In this document: in pieces, positions 38,159-47,537 of the stretch
Layout of the letters: each line of letters begins with the position of its first letter
Numbering within the stretch: the stretch's first letter is position 1
Virus record (IMG/VR): IMGVR_UViG_3300044731_000789
Coordinates: 1-64,000 of that record
Length of the DNA stretch: 64,000 bases
From: a virus
Direction: 5' to 3' (one strand)
Position numbers and translations under genes: made by a program
The notes under the pieces: generated by a model
What the model saw: only the letters and a program-made list of their open reading frames with translations
Told to the model about the DNA's origin: nothing
Databases searched by the model: none

Positions 38159-38437
38159 ATGCTATCAAAACCTAGAATAGTGTGTGCAGCAAATTTGTAC
38201 CAAGATGGAACCATTATTGTTGGAGCAAGACATTTTGATTCCATTATGAGGAAAACCATTGAGGCAATTAATGCAGATTGGAACCATTGGCGACATATGA
38301 CCCATGAGCAAGGTTTCATTGACCAACATGGTAAATTTTATTCAAGAGAGGATGCATGGGATATTGCCAAAGAAAATGGACAAATTTTTAGAGATTGTGA
38401 TGTAGATGGTACACTATTTTCGGAGAATCTGTACTAA
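38159..38437 (+). CDS. Conserved phage hypothetical protein
   Basis: IVCAA, GARHFD..M, EQGFIDQ.G.F.SR..A, LFSENLY. Confidence 0.7.
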   Translation: MLSKPRIVCAANLYQDGTIIVGARHFDSIMRKTIEAINADWNHWRHMTHEQGFIDQHGKFYSREDAWDIAKENGQIFRDCDVDGTLFSENLY

Positions 38438-38797
38438 TGATTAAAAAACAATTTTTGCAACATGGTATGTATTATTCCGGTATTTGCCGGAACGCAAATG
38501 TTGCCGATGAATTTGTACCACTGGATAATATATTATGAAAATAAATGAACACTTGGCAGAATCTGCCCGACATTTGGAACTAGCTATTGCAAAAATGGGA
38601 AAATTGCGTGACCCTAAAGGTGGCCGGTATCCGGCAAGGTTTATTCCAAATAGGACATTTATATGGGTAGGAAAAATTGGAGATTATAAAAATCTTGTAA
38701 AATGTTTATTAAAATTGAGAGATGCATCAAAGAAAATTGAGCACTTAGATATTTGAACAACAATAAATAATACTATCAAATTCCTTGGGATAGTATT

Positions 38798-39190
38798 ATG
38801 AAAACATTCAAACAATTATTGACAGAAGGTAGAGGCGACAATCATTTGGCAACAGAATTGTTTCATAAATGTCGCCAAGCTGCTACCTTTTCTCATTATC
38901 AACACTTGATGACAGAAAGTTATGCCCAACATATGGCATTGGGCGCATTCTATGATGGAATTATCCCGCTTTTAGACAGTTTCCTGGAAACATATATTGG
39001 TTTATTTGGTAAACTAGAAACTATACAAGAAAATATTCAAGTACCTTTTAAAGTATCTGTATACGAGTTGAAAGAATGGATTGAAACCAATCGTCAACAA
39101 ATTTCTGATTCTACAACCCTTCAAAATATATTGGATACAATAGTTGAATTGTGTTCATCTACTATATACAAATTGGAAAATTTGAAATAA
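38798..39190 (+). CDS. Ferritin/Dps-like helical protein with a capsid-targeting-like N-terminus
   Basis: MKTFKQLLTE start; H..H..T.SYAQH.ALG.FY...DSF.E.Y.G; late promoter at 38762. Confidence 0.7.
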   Translation: MKTFKQLLTEGRGDNHLATELFHKCRQAATFSHYQHLMTESYAQHMALGAFYDGIIPLLDSFLETYIGLFGKLETIQENIQVPFKVSVYELKEWIETNRQQISDSTTLQNILDTIVELCSSTIYKLENLK

Positions 39191-39690
39191 TGGTTAAGTC
39201 TCTAGTAGATATTCAAATTGGTCAAGTATTGGATAAAATTGAATCCAATTTGGATGCATTTATTTCGCAATTGAATATTACATCTTTGGAAGATTTGTTA
39301 CATATATATGATGATTCAGAACTTTGTATAATGGATTCTGATGGAAATTATGTACAAGATATTCCAATGAATGAAGAAGTGGATAGAATGGAAAGAATTA
39401 TGCGATCAATTAGGATGAAATCCCATAGTTATGATATCCATTTGCATAGAAAATTGGCAGTAAAGTTTCCAAGTTCTATACAAAAAATATCTCACAGAGC
39501 AAGGGCAGCAACTTTGTATTATGTGAAACATCATATTGACAAGAATTATAATAAATTGGCACCAATGGAACGTGCCCAAATTGATAGAATTGTTAAAGGT
39601 AGGAAGGGATTGGTGTCATCTATGACAACAAAAATGTACAACCATATTAGAGATATCGAACACACGCGATTGGCGCATCACAAACCATGA
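39190..39690 (+). CDS. T4-like late hypothetical protein
   Basis: Acidic N-terminus, basic C-terminus; coupled within a late operon. Confidence 0.6.
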   Translation: MVKSLVDIQIGQVLDKIESNLDAFISQLNITSLEDLLHIYDDSELCIMDSDGNYVQDIPMNEEVDRMERIMRSIRMKSHSYDIHLHRKLAVKFPSSIQKISHRARAATLYYVKHHIDKNYNKLAPMERAQIDRIVKGRKGLVSSMTTKMYNHIRDIEHTRLAHHKP

Positions 39691-39839
39691 TTACAGAAGA
39701 ACTAACACCAGAACAGCAAGCAAAGGCAGAAGAGATTGTACAAGCCTTGAAATCGCACCAAGAAGAATTTAAAAAGAGATATGGGCCACGGTGGCGTGAA
39801 ATTTTGTACGCATTGGCAAACAAACAATCTAAAAAATAA
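39687..39839 (+). CDS. Small late protein (50 aa, absent from the ORF track)
   Basis: MITEELTPEQQAKAEEIVQALK...FKKRYG.RW.EILYALA; ATGA overlap. Confidence 0.65.
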   Translation: MITEELTPEQQAKAEEIVQALKSHQEEFKKRYGPRWREILYALANKQSKK

Positions 39840-39840
39840 C

Positions 39841-40731
39841 TCAATCTAATCTTTTGCATTTCCATTTTTCATGGTGCAGTGATCTACCACATGCAACATT
39901 ACTCATACTACGCTGTGACAACCCATTTCCTTTACAAAACTGAGTTAAGTTTTTAATCACAAAAACCTCCCCATCAGGGGCTGTAATTTCCCAGGTTTTT
40001 GCTTTTGAATTAGCTATTTTATTGCGTATTTCTTTTGATAGGTTTTTACCAAAATTATGATTGAGATCACCCATTTTGGATTCTGACATTTTTCGTTTCG
40101 CTTCATCTGTATGCTTAACGCCATACATAGAGGATAATTCCCCACATTTTCCATACATTGGATTATTTTCCCCCGTATTAAGTTGACTTAATAATTGTTT
40201 TGTTTGGTCACTATGCTTGAATGTAGTCATGAAAATTTTTATTTTTTCTACATGTTCATCGGATAATTTCCTACCGTAATTGGGTGATAATTCCCCACGT
40301 TTTCCATACATTGGATTATTTTCCCCTATTCTTGATAGACTATATGATTTTCTCCGATCTTCCGAAAATAATGATTTCAATCGATCCTTTTCTTCATCGG
40401 TGTAAACCTTTCCGATCATGTTAAATTGTTTTATAGAATTTTTGTGGTAAGACTTATTAAGTTTTAACGCATTGTCCCAATTTTCAAATATCAATTCTTG
40501 TTCAAAATTGTAACACTCGATTGGGTCAACAAACATTGCAACAATATGCCAATCAAATTCATCAAAAATTGGTTTTACAATTTTGGAACTTGTTCTGTAT
40601 TTAATCAAATCTTGTTCTGGGGGAAGTTTTATAGATTTTGCGGTTCTGGAACCAATATAAAATTGTCCAGTTTCACGATGGATGCCCATATAGACATATG
40701 GCAATACTTTGGTTGACCGATAAATAGTCAT
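39841..40731 (-). CDS. Seg-like GIY-YIG homing endonuclease with NUMOD3 repeats
   Basis: PYVYMG...FYIGSR; GENNPMYGK repeats; AGGAG RBS before ATG 40731. Confidence 0.85.
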   Translation of the reverse strand: MTIYRSTKVLPYVYMGIHRETGQFYIGSRTAKSIKLPPEQDLIKYRTSSKIVKPIFDEFDWHIVAMFVDPIECYNFEQELIFENWDNALKLNKSYHKNSIKQFNMIGKVYTDEEKDRLKSLFSEDRRKSYSLSRIGENNPMYGKRGELSPNYGRKLSDEHVEKIKIFMTTFKHSDQTKQLLSQLNTGENNPMYGKCGELSSMYGVKHTDEAKRKMSESKMGDLNHNFGKNLSKEIRNKIANSKAKTWEITAPDGEVFVIKNLTQFCKGNGLSQRSMSNVACGRSLHHEKWKCKRLD

Positions 40732-40810
40732 GCTGATTCTCCTTGGAAGAGTTAGAGCTTGTGGATGGTGGGACATCGTGACAAGCATCAATTTAAACAT
40801 TTATTACAAG

Positions 40811-40830
40811 TATTATTTATATAAATAATA
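40811..40830. promoter_or_regulatory. Overlapping divergent late promoters
   Basis: Perfect palindrome TATTATTTATATAAATAATA carrying TATAAATA on both strands. Confidence 0.75.
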
Positions 40831-40858
40831 TAAACAGAATTTTAATTAGGGGAAAATT

Positions 40859-41656
40859 ATGAGTTTATGGTCAAAGGATTCAGCGAATCCTATTCCAAAA
40901 TATTTGTCAAAAAGTGATTTGGCAACATATCGCGCCCAGGATTGTTACATTGGGGCAGCAGGCTATTATTATGTGCCAGAAAAATTTAACAAAATTGGCG
41001 CAGGTACTATTACCACATCAACTAGTTCTACCGCAGTTACCGGAACTGGTTCAAAATTTTTGAGTGAAGCAAAAGTTGGGCAATGGTTAGTCAGCACACC
41101 TGACAATAGTGCCACTGGCAGTTGGGATGCTAAATCCATTGTTGGGAAGATTGTTGCCATTGCGTCTGATACTGGTTTAACATTAGATAAAAATGCTCCA
41201 GCAACTGGCACTGGAAAATATAGTATTATACAAAAAGTTCAACCAGAATTGTTGGTTGCATTGAATCCATCATCCACAAGCCAAATTCCTGACAGACTTG
41301 GTGCAACAGAAATTGTGTCATTGGAATGGAAAGATAAGAAAACATTGGTTGCGGGTGCAACATCTACTATTATTGTACACTTCTCTGAGCCAGTTAAGGT
41401 TACAGGTGCGCCAACATTGGGATTAAGTGGTGCAGTAACTGCAACATATTCATCCATGGATGCAACTGGCACTAAAGCAGCGTTTACATTTACTGCTCCG
41501 GTTGCCGGAACAAGTGTTACAATTTCTAACCAAAATTTGGGCGGCACTGGCAACATTGTTGATTTGTTGGGGGCATCTCCTGCAACAACTGCGGTGACAT
41601 CTGTTGCAATTTCTGCAGCAGTTGCTGGAAAATTGCGATCTATTGTGTCTGCATAA
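40859..41656 (+). CDS. Virion structural protein (Ig-like/fibre-type)
   Basis: MSLW start, VTGTGSKF and FSEPV.VTG.PTL motifs; late promoter. Confidence 0.65.
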   Translation: MSLWSKDSANPIPKYLSKSDLATYRAQDCYIGAAGYYYVPEKFNKIGAGTITTSTSSTAVTGTGSKFLSEAKVGQWLVSTPDNSATGSWDAKSIVGKIVAIASDTGLTLDKNAPATGTGKYSIIQKVQPELLVALNPSSTSQIPDRLGATEIVSLEWKDKKTLVAGATSTIIVHFSEPVKVTGAPTLGLSGAVTATYSSMDATGTKAAFTFTAPVAGTSVTISNQNLGGTGNIVDLLGASPATTAVTSVAISAAVAGKLRSIVSA

Positions 41657-41734
41657 TAATATATAATATTGTAAATAAATAATGGGAACATATGTAAAAG
41701 TATGTTCCCATTTTTTATTGGAGTAAACAAACTC

Positions 41735-42166
41735 ATGACAGATTTAAAAATTTCTCAGCAACCATTGGCAACTACTGTTGAACTAACTGATAACTTTGTT
41801 GTTGCCAGAAATGGAACAAATGTTAGAATACCGGCATCAACCTTGTATACAAAGGCTCCCACATATATTGCCACAAATCAGGTAACAGAACAGGTTACAG
41901 CAAGTGGAGCACTAGATATATCAAAATCTTTGTCCGAAGTTGTCACCACAAATAGTCAAATTAATTTGACATTATCTGGTGGAACCCATGGACAAGAGAA
42001 AGTTATCCTATTTAGAAACAAAGGTACTGCAGATGTGGTTATTACACCAAATTTGTTAATAGGTGGCACAACTATCACATTGAATGCAACTGGACAAACC
42101 GTGACATTAAGATTTGTCACAAATGCATGGGCAATTGTCGCAATTTATGGCGGAATTGTTGCATAA
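41735..42166 (+). CDS. Putative virion protein
   Basis: DLKISQ.P.ATT; LTL..GT.GQ.KVI beta motif; GGAG RBS. Confidence 0.6.
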   Translation: MTDLKISQQPLATTVELTDNFVVARNGTNVRIPASTLYTKAPTYIATNQVTEQVTASGALDISKSLSEVVTTNSQINLTLSGGTHGQEKVILFRNKGTADVVITPNLLIGGTTITLNATGQTVTLRFVTNAWAIVAIYGGIVA

Positions 42167-42507
42167 TGGTTTTAACGGAAGAAAATTTTAAATTAGCTTG
42201 TGCCAAATATTATGATTCAATTGACATATATTCTTTTAACGAGGATATTGCAAGAATACATATGGTAAGAAAATTGATTAGAAAATTTATATCAACTGGT
42301 GATATAAATGAAAAATTAATTTTAAATCACATCATAATATTATATAATGGGTTTGGAGAGTTTACTCTCAATATATTATATTTTATATTTACAAAAGAGG
42401 AATACAAATATATAAATTCCTTTTTAATATTTTTAAATAGATTACCAGATGACAGATTTGTATATGGTATTGATATAACACTTTCAAAAAAATTGGAACA
42501 GATATGA
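42166..42507 (+). CDS. Conserved T4-like hypothetical protein
   Basis: LTEENF...KYYD...F.EDI.RI...LILNHIIILYN.FG. Confidence 0.75.
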   Translation: MVLTEENFKLACAKYYDSIDIYSFNEDIARIHMVRKLIRKFISTGDINEKLILNHIIILYNGFGEFTLNILYFIFTKEEYKYINSFLIFLNRLPDDRFVYGIDITLSKKLEQI

Positions 42508-42671
42508 AATCATTCAAACAAATTATGGAAGATATTGCCAATGTTACTGGGTCACCCAGTACAGATACTGGTGGAATATCCACCCCAGCTACAGCAAAAC
42601 CTGATCAAAAGAAAAGGGTAATGTTATTAAAAAATGTTGTAAAAAGAAAAGAGGATTCGCCAAATGGCTAA
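42504..42671 (+). CDS. Small internal-head-like peptide (55 aa, absent from the ORF track)
   Basis: MKSFKQIME start, flexible middle, basic end; overlaps both neighbours. Confidence 0.6.
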   Translation: MKSFKQIMEDIANVTGSPSTDTGGISTPATAKPDQKKRVMLLKNVVKRKEDSPNG

Positions 42672-43056
42672 CCAATTTGATCACCATGATGCACCCAATA
42701 ATGTAAAATTATACACGGAAATTGAGTTATTAAAACGGGACAATTTGCAGTTGAAAGAAATTCTTTCAAAATTGGATGTATCCGTGGAAAAAATTGCAGA
42801 TGCCGCCACAAACATTTCCAAAATTTTGGCTCTTCATGAGCAAAGAGTAGGAATGCTGTCTGAAGATATTGCATATTTCAGCAAAAATCATACCGAAATA
42901 TTGGCTGATATAAAATCTACAAAAGATACTATTGCAAAAGATAACAAAGAACGTGATGAAAGAATCACCAAATTGGAACAATATCGTTGGTATCTACTTG
43001 GGGCAGCAACTGCCATAGGATTTGTAATAAACAAATTGCCAGATTTGTTAAAATAG
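42664..43056 (+). CDS. Coiled-coil protein with C-terminal TM helix
   Basis: LALHEQR...RITKLEQYRWYLLGAA. Confidence 0.65.
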   Translation: MANQFDHHDAPNNVKLYTEIELLKRDNLQLKEILSKLDVSVEKIADAATNISKILALHEQRVGMLSEDIAYFSKNHTEILADIKSTKDTIAKDNKERDERITKLEQYRWYLLGAATAIGFVINKLPDLLK

Positions 43057-43059
43057 TTG

Positions 43060-43087
43060 TTGACAAATTGGTTTTTTGTGATATTAT
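43060..43087 (+). promoter_or_regulatory. Sigma70-type promoter
   Basis: TTGACA-16-TATTAT with extended TG; ATG 6 nt downstream. Confidence 0.7.
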
Positions 43088-43093
43088 GTGCCC

Positions 43094-43225
43094 ATGAAAA
43101 AGAAAACACAAAAACCAACATCAAGAAATTTTGTTGCCAAACATTGTTCTACTTATTGTAAACCAAAAGTAGAACAATCTAAAAAGGTATACAAACGGTC
43201 AAAAAATCTGTCACAATATATGTAA
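43094..43225 (+). CDS. Small basic ArfA-like peptide (43 aa, absent from the ORF track)
   Basis: RNFVAKH....KPKVEQSKKVYKR. Confidence 0.55.
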   Translation: MKKKTQKPTSRNFVAKHCSTYCKPKVEQSKKVYKRSKNLSQYM

Positions 43226-43518
43226 CAGATTTCTAATACATTATGGGAAATACTATGAACAAAACATATCAATGGTTATTAATTTTTGGATGTATATTAA
43301 AATTCTATGATCAATAACATGAAATTTACAATTAATGATAAAGTAATTGCTACCAGAGATATCAGTAATTCTTTTGGTACACTATTGGCAACAAAAGGTG
43401 ACATATTGGAAGTTGTTGGATTAGAATCCGGTGTATGTGATTATCCATATGTTGTGTGGAATGGTTCCAATAGTAAAGAATTTTGTGTAGAAGAATACGA
43501 AATAAATTTGGATCAAGT

Positions 43519-43920
43519 ATGAAAGAAATGATTATTTTGAGAGGGTTACCATCATCTGGTAAAAGTTCTTTAGCCAAAATTTTGGCAGGAGCCTGCCCAA
43601 GTTCTGTAATATGTTCTGCAGATAATTATTTTGTTGACAGTTATGGAAATTATGTGTATAATCCTTCCCATATTAGATTCGCACATCAAGATTGCCAGAG
43701 GCTGGCCAGATTGGCGGCAATTCAGGCAAGTGGATTGATTATTATTGATAATACCAATACAACAGAACAAGAGTACCAATATTATATTGACTTAGGCAAT
43801 CAATATGGGTACAATATTAGATCAATTGTTGTAGAAACAACCCATAGCAACAAAAATGATCATAATGTACCAGAAAAAACTATAACCAAAATGAGAAATA
43901 GGTTTAAAGTAAATTTATGA
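43519..43920 (+). CDS. P-loop kinase (polynucleotide-kinase-like)
   Basis: ILRGLPSSGKS, SADNYF, IIDNTN, HNVPE..I..M. Confidence 0.82.
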   Translation: MKEMIILRGLPSSGKSSLAKILAGACPSSVICSADNYFVDSYGNYVYNPSHIRFAHQDCQRLARLAAIQASGLIIIDNTNTTEQEYQYYIDLGNQYGYNIRSIVVETTHSNKNDHNVPEKTITKMRNRFKVNL

Positions 43921-44480
43921 ATATTATACATTATGATTCAGATGAAGCAGCAAAATATGTTACCAATATTTCTGGTTGGGTTTCATCAAAAGGGCATTTT
44001 TATGGAGCAAAAGAAGATTTGGCAAGATATGATGGGTGTACCCATCGAGCATGTGCCAAATGTGGTGCCCTAACTGAAAAATTGTATACAGTGTGTCCAC
44101 TATGCAGGACACAAAATGAAATAGAAAGATATACAAAATTGGAACCATTATATGCTTTCCAATGCATGGAAAAATTTGGTGTAAATGAATTAGTGTTATA
44201 TTCTGACGCATTGGATGAATATTTTTTTGATATTTCATTTGAAGAAATATTGGAACAATATGATTATACATCTGTTGAAGAATTGCGACTGGTTTGGTGC
44301 GAACCACAATATTTACCAATGATTGATCCATATGATTATTTTACAGATAAGTTACCAGAAGATGGGGAAGTCCCTTCCGAGATAATGGATGCATTTGATG
44401 AATTAAACGAAATTATTAAAAATTATAACAAGAATAATATAACAAGTTGGTATCCAAGTAAATATAGAGTTATTGTATAA
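43917..44480 (+). CDS. Hypothetical protein with CxxC pairs
   Basis: ARYDGCTH..C..CG.......C..C. Confidence 0.65.
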   Translation: MNIIHYDSDEAAKYVTNISGWVSSKGHFYGAKEDLARYDGCTHRACAKCGALTEKLYTVCPLCRTQNEIERYTKLEPLYAFQCMEKFGVNELVLYSDALDEYFFDISFEEILEQYDYTSVEELRLVWCEPQYLPMIDPYDYFTDKLPEDGEVPSEIMDAFDELNEIIKNYNKNNITSWYPSKYRVIV

Positions 44481-44506
44481 ATATTACATTTCAAATAATT
44501 CTACAT

Positions 44507-44770
44507 ATGAGCGAAGCAAAGTATAACAAAAGAACTTGGTTAAATGAGAATGATTCCCATTATACTGGATCAATTACATGTGCCCATTTTACCGATCTGG
44601 TAAATAGGGGCAAATATATGGAAGAATATATGTTTGTAGAATTTGCAGCATGTGAGTCAAAATCTAGGATACACAAGGATAATAATCATAGTACTCAAGA
44701 TTTTATCAGTAAGTTGAAATTAATTCAATCAGAATTGCAAGGTTTCATTGACCATTTAGAAAAAATTTGA
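44507..44770 (+). CDS. Conserved phage hypothetical protein
   Basis: YNKRTWLN...TGSI motif. Confidence 0.6.
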   Translation: MSEAKYNKRTWLNENDSHYTGSITCAHFTDLVNRGKYMEEYMFVEFAACESKSRIHKDNNHSTQDFISKLKLIQSELQGFIDHLEKI

Positions 44771-44977
44771 TATGAGAATTGATAGCACATTAATAGATTG
44801 GATTAATTGGAATCCCGAAACAACTGTTATATATATTGAGTTTCTCGATTCCACATCTTTTCCAATCTATTCTGATGATTATATGGAATGTGATAAAAAA
44901 TATATGAAACTACTTGAAGCATTTTATACCAAACGAAGAATCTTGGTAGACGATCAAACACATGCGATAACAATATT

Positions 44978-45436
44978 ATGATAAAATTTGTAAAGGGTGA
45001 TTTAATACAATTAATCAAAGATGGATGTTTTGATGTTGCTGTACATGGTTGCAATTGTTTCAACACCATGAATTCTGGAATTGCGAAACAACTTCGAGAA
45101 ACTTGGCCACAAATTTATACTGCAGATTGTAAAACCATTAAAGGCGATGAAAGAAAATTGGGAAGTTGGTCAAAAGTATATTTGACAGAAGAAGATTGTT
45201 TTATCCTTAATATGTATACTCAATATAGATATGGATACAATGGTCGATTATATGCAAATTATGATGCCATACGCTCAGGTATGAGAAAATTGGCATCAGA
45301 GATTGGTGAATATAAAATTGGTATGCCAAAGATTGGCTCCGGTAAAGCCGGAGGAAATTGGGATATAATTTTATCAATTATTGAGGCAGAATTGGGACAC
45401 TGTGATGCCACAATTGTAGAATGGGATAAATCATGA
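44978..45436 (+). CDS. Macrodomain (ADP-ribose processing) protein
   Basis: KGDL, HGCNCFNTMNSGIA, N.YTQ, PKIGSG.AGG.W. Confidence 0.88.
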   Translation: MIKFVKGDLIQLIKDGCFDVAVHGCNCFNTMNSGIAKQLRETWPQIYTADCKTIKGDERKLGSWSKVYLTEEDCFILNMYTQYRYGYNGRLYANYDAIRSGMRKLASEIGEYKIGMPKIGSGKAGGNWDIILSIIEAELGHCDATIVEWDKS

Positions 45437-45855
45437 ATAAACAAATTGTAGATTATATTACAAGCATATCAAAAACTATGGAAACCAGATATAATAGTAC
45501 AACTGGGATGAGTGAATATGGTCCATATTGGATTTTCTTTGGTGATGGTCAAGGGGACTTTGAAGTATTGGCTAATGACGCATCTGCCGACACATTGGTT
45601 CAATATATAGAATATTGTAATAGACAAATAGAATTGGCAAAAGAGTATTTGACAAAGGAAGCGTACAAATGAGAAATTCTGATAGCAAATCATTGGTGCC
45701 TCTTTGGCGATATTGCACAACAATTGTCGCGGTATGGTCCCGCGAAGAATGTGTGCAGATTTTGAAACAGAATACTAATTACCATATTGTTGCAGAAGAT
45801 ATAAAAAGATTAAAAAATTGTGCTGCAGATAGGGAACCAGGAATAATTTGAACAA

Positions 45856-46845
45856 ATGAGTTATGCAATTGATCATGAATACATCAATCGTATAAACTAT
45901 AGGCTAGAAAATTTTAAATGGAAATCCCCAAATCTAGCGAATTTTCGATGTCCAATATGTGGAGATTCTTCGAAGAAGAAAAACAAGTCTAGGGGATATT
46001 TTTACATAAAAGGAAATCATTTTAGCTTTTTATGTCATAATTGTGGATACTCATCCACATTTCAAACATTTTTAAAAGATTTTGACCAAGATGTTTATAC
46101 CCAATATATTATTGATAAACTAAAAGATGAACAAAATGTAACAAAAAAAACCACCATAAATAAAAAACCAAAACCAGAAACCATTTTTGGAAACAAGTAT
46201 GGGTTAATACATGTTTCCGAATTGGAATACACGCATCCAGCCAGGATGTATCTAAGAAGTAGACAAATTCCATCAAATGATGCCTATTATGTGGACAATT
46301 TCTTTGCCTGGGGGGCAAAAAACTTTCCCCAAAAATTCAAAGAAACTATAAAAGATCATTGCAGAATAATTTTTCCTGCATATGATCAAAATAGAAACAT
46401 AATTGGATACAGTTGTAGATCGATCAATGGGGAAGAACCAAAATATTATACACTAAAACTGGTAGAAGATTTTGTATTTGGTTTAAATAGAATTGATAAA
46501 TCCAAACCTGTATACATTGTTGAAGGTGGCATAGACAGTCTATTTCTACCAAATTGTGTAGCAGCATGTACTAGTAGTTTACATAGGGTAAAAGGATTAG
46601 ATGATTGTAAAAAAATATTGGTGCCAGATAATCAAAACAGAAACAAAGAAATTGTAAAACTGATTGGTAAATTTATTGATGAAGATTTTATGGTAGTTCT
46701 TTGGCCAGAACATGTAAAAGAAAAGGATATCAATGATATGATCCTAGCAGGATACAGTAGGGATAAAATATTGGAAATAATAAATAGCAATACCTTTCAA
46801 GGATTGGAAGCAAAAATTCGTTTTAATAATTGGAGAAAAGTGTGA
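45856..46845 (+). CDS. gp61: DNA primase
   Basis: NFRCPICGDS...RG, CHNCG, VEGGIDSLF, DN..RN, KDINDM. Confidence 0.95.
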   Translation: MSYAIDHEYINRINYRLENFKWKSPNLANFRCPICGDSSKKKNKSRGYFYIKGNHFSFLCHNCGYSSTFQTFLKDFDQDVYTQYIIDKLKDEQNVTKKTTINKKPKPETIFGNKYGLIHVSELEYTHPARMYLRSRQIPSNDAYYVDNFFAWGAKNFPQKFKETIKDHCRIIFPAYDQNRNIIGYSCRSINGEEPKYYTLKLVEDFVFGLNRIDKSKPVYIVEGGIDSLFLPNCVAACTSSLHRVKGLDDCKKILVPDNQNRNKEIVKLIGKFIDEDFMVVLWPEHVKEKDINDMILAGYSRDKILEIINSNTFQGLEAKIRFNNWRKV

Positions 46846-47525
46846 CAGCAAGACTTATTTCGTATACGAAACCAGTAGCAACAGATTTACTGGAAAATGA
46901 TATTACAACTATTTTAGATTTGGTTGCATATGTTGCCAGAGTATCAAATCCAGGGAATCAATATAATTCAGAAACATCTGAAAAATTGATTCAATATTTG
47001 ATTAAACATAAACATTGGTCGCCATTGTCTATGGTAGATGCAACAATTGAAATTGAAACAACCAGAGATATTGGTAGACAAATTTTGCGACATTGGAGTT
47101 TTGATTTTCAAGAATTTTCACAACGATATGCATCTGTATCAGATTTGGGACAAATGTTTGAACTATCTGAATGTCGATTACAGGACACAAAAAATAGGCA
47201 AAATAGTATTGTGCCAAGAAAATCTATTTCATATTGGTTCAAATCTACTTTTTGGAATATTTCCCAACATTTGTTGATTGCATTTGTTAAATTGATATAC
47301 ATTTTGGCGCTAAAGGTTGGCATTGCCAAAGAGGTTGCGCGAAAGATTTTGCCAGAAGGGTTAACTATTACCAGAATGTATATGAAAGGTAGTATCAGAG
47401 ATTGGATTCATTATTTGGCATTGCGTACAGATAATGGCACACAAAAAGAGCATATACATATTGCCAGAGAAATTGCCAAAGTTTTGGAAGAAATCTTCCC
47501 AATTGGGCAATATATTACAAAATAA
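46842..47525 (+). CDS. thyX: Flavin-dependent thymidylate synthase
   Basis: ARVSNP, HWSP, QILRH.SF.FQEFSQRY, AKE.AR..LP, R.W.HY..LR...TQKEH; GTG start with GGAG RBS. Confidence 0.95.
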   Translation: MTARLISYTKPVATDLLENDITTILDLVAYVARVSNPGNQYNSETSEKLIQYLIKHKHWSPLSMVDATIEIETTRDIGRQILRHWSFDFQEFSQRYASVSDLGQMFELSECRLQDTKNRQNSIVPRKSISYWFKSTFWNISQHLLIAFVKLIYILALKVGIAKEVARKILPEGLTITRMYMKGSIRDWIHYLALRTDNGTQKEHIHIAREIAKVLEEIFPIGQYITK

Positions 47526-47537
47526 TTGGAGAAATGA

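Noticed and set aside
40139-40330. Direct DNA repeats (TTTCCATACATTGGATTATTTTCCCC) as a CRISPR-like array
   Set aside because: Only two copies, in frame, encoding GENNPMYGK NUMOD3 repeats
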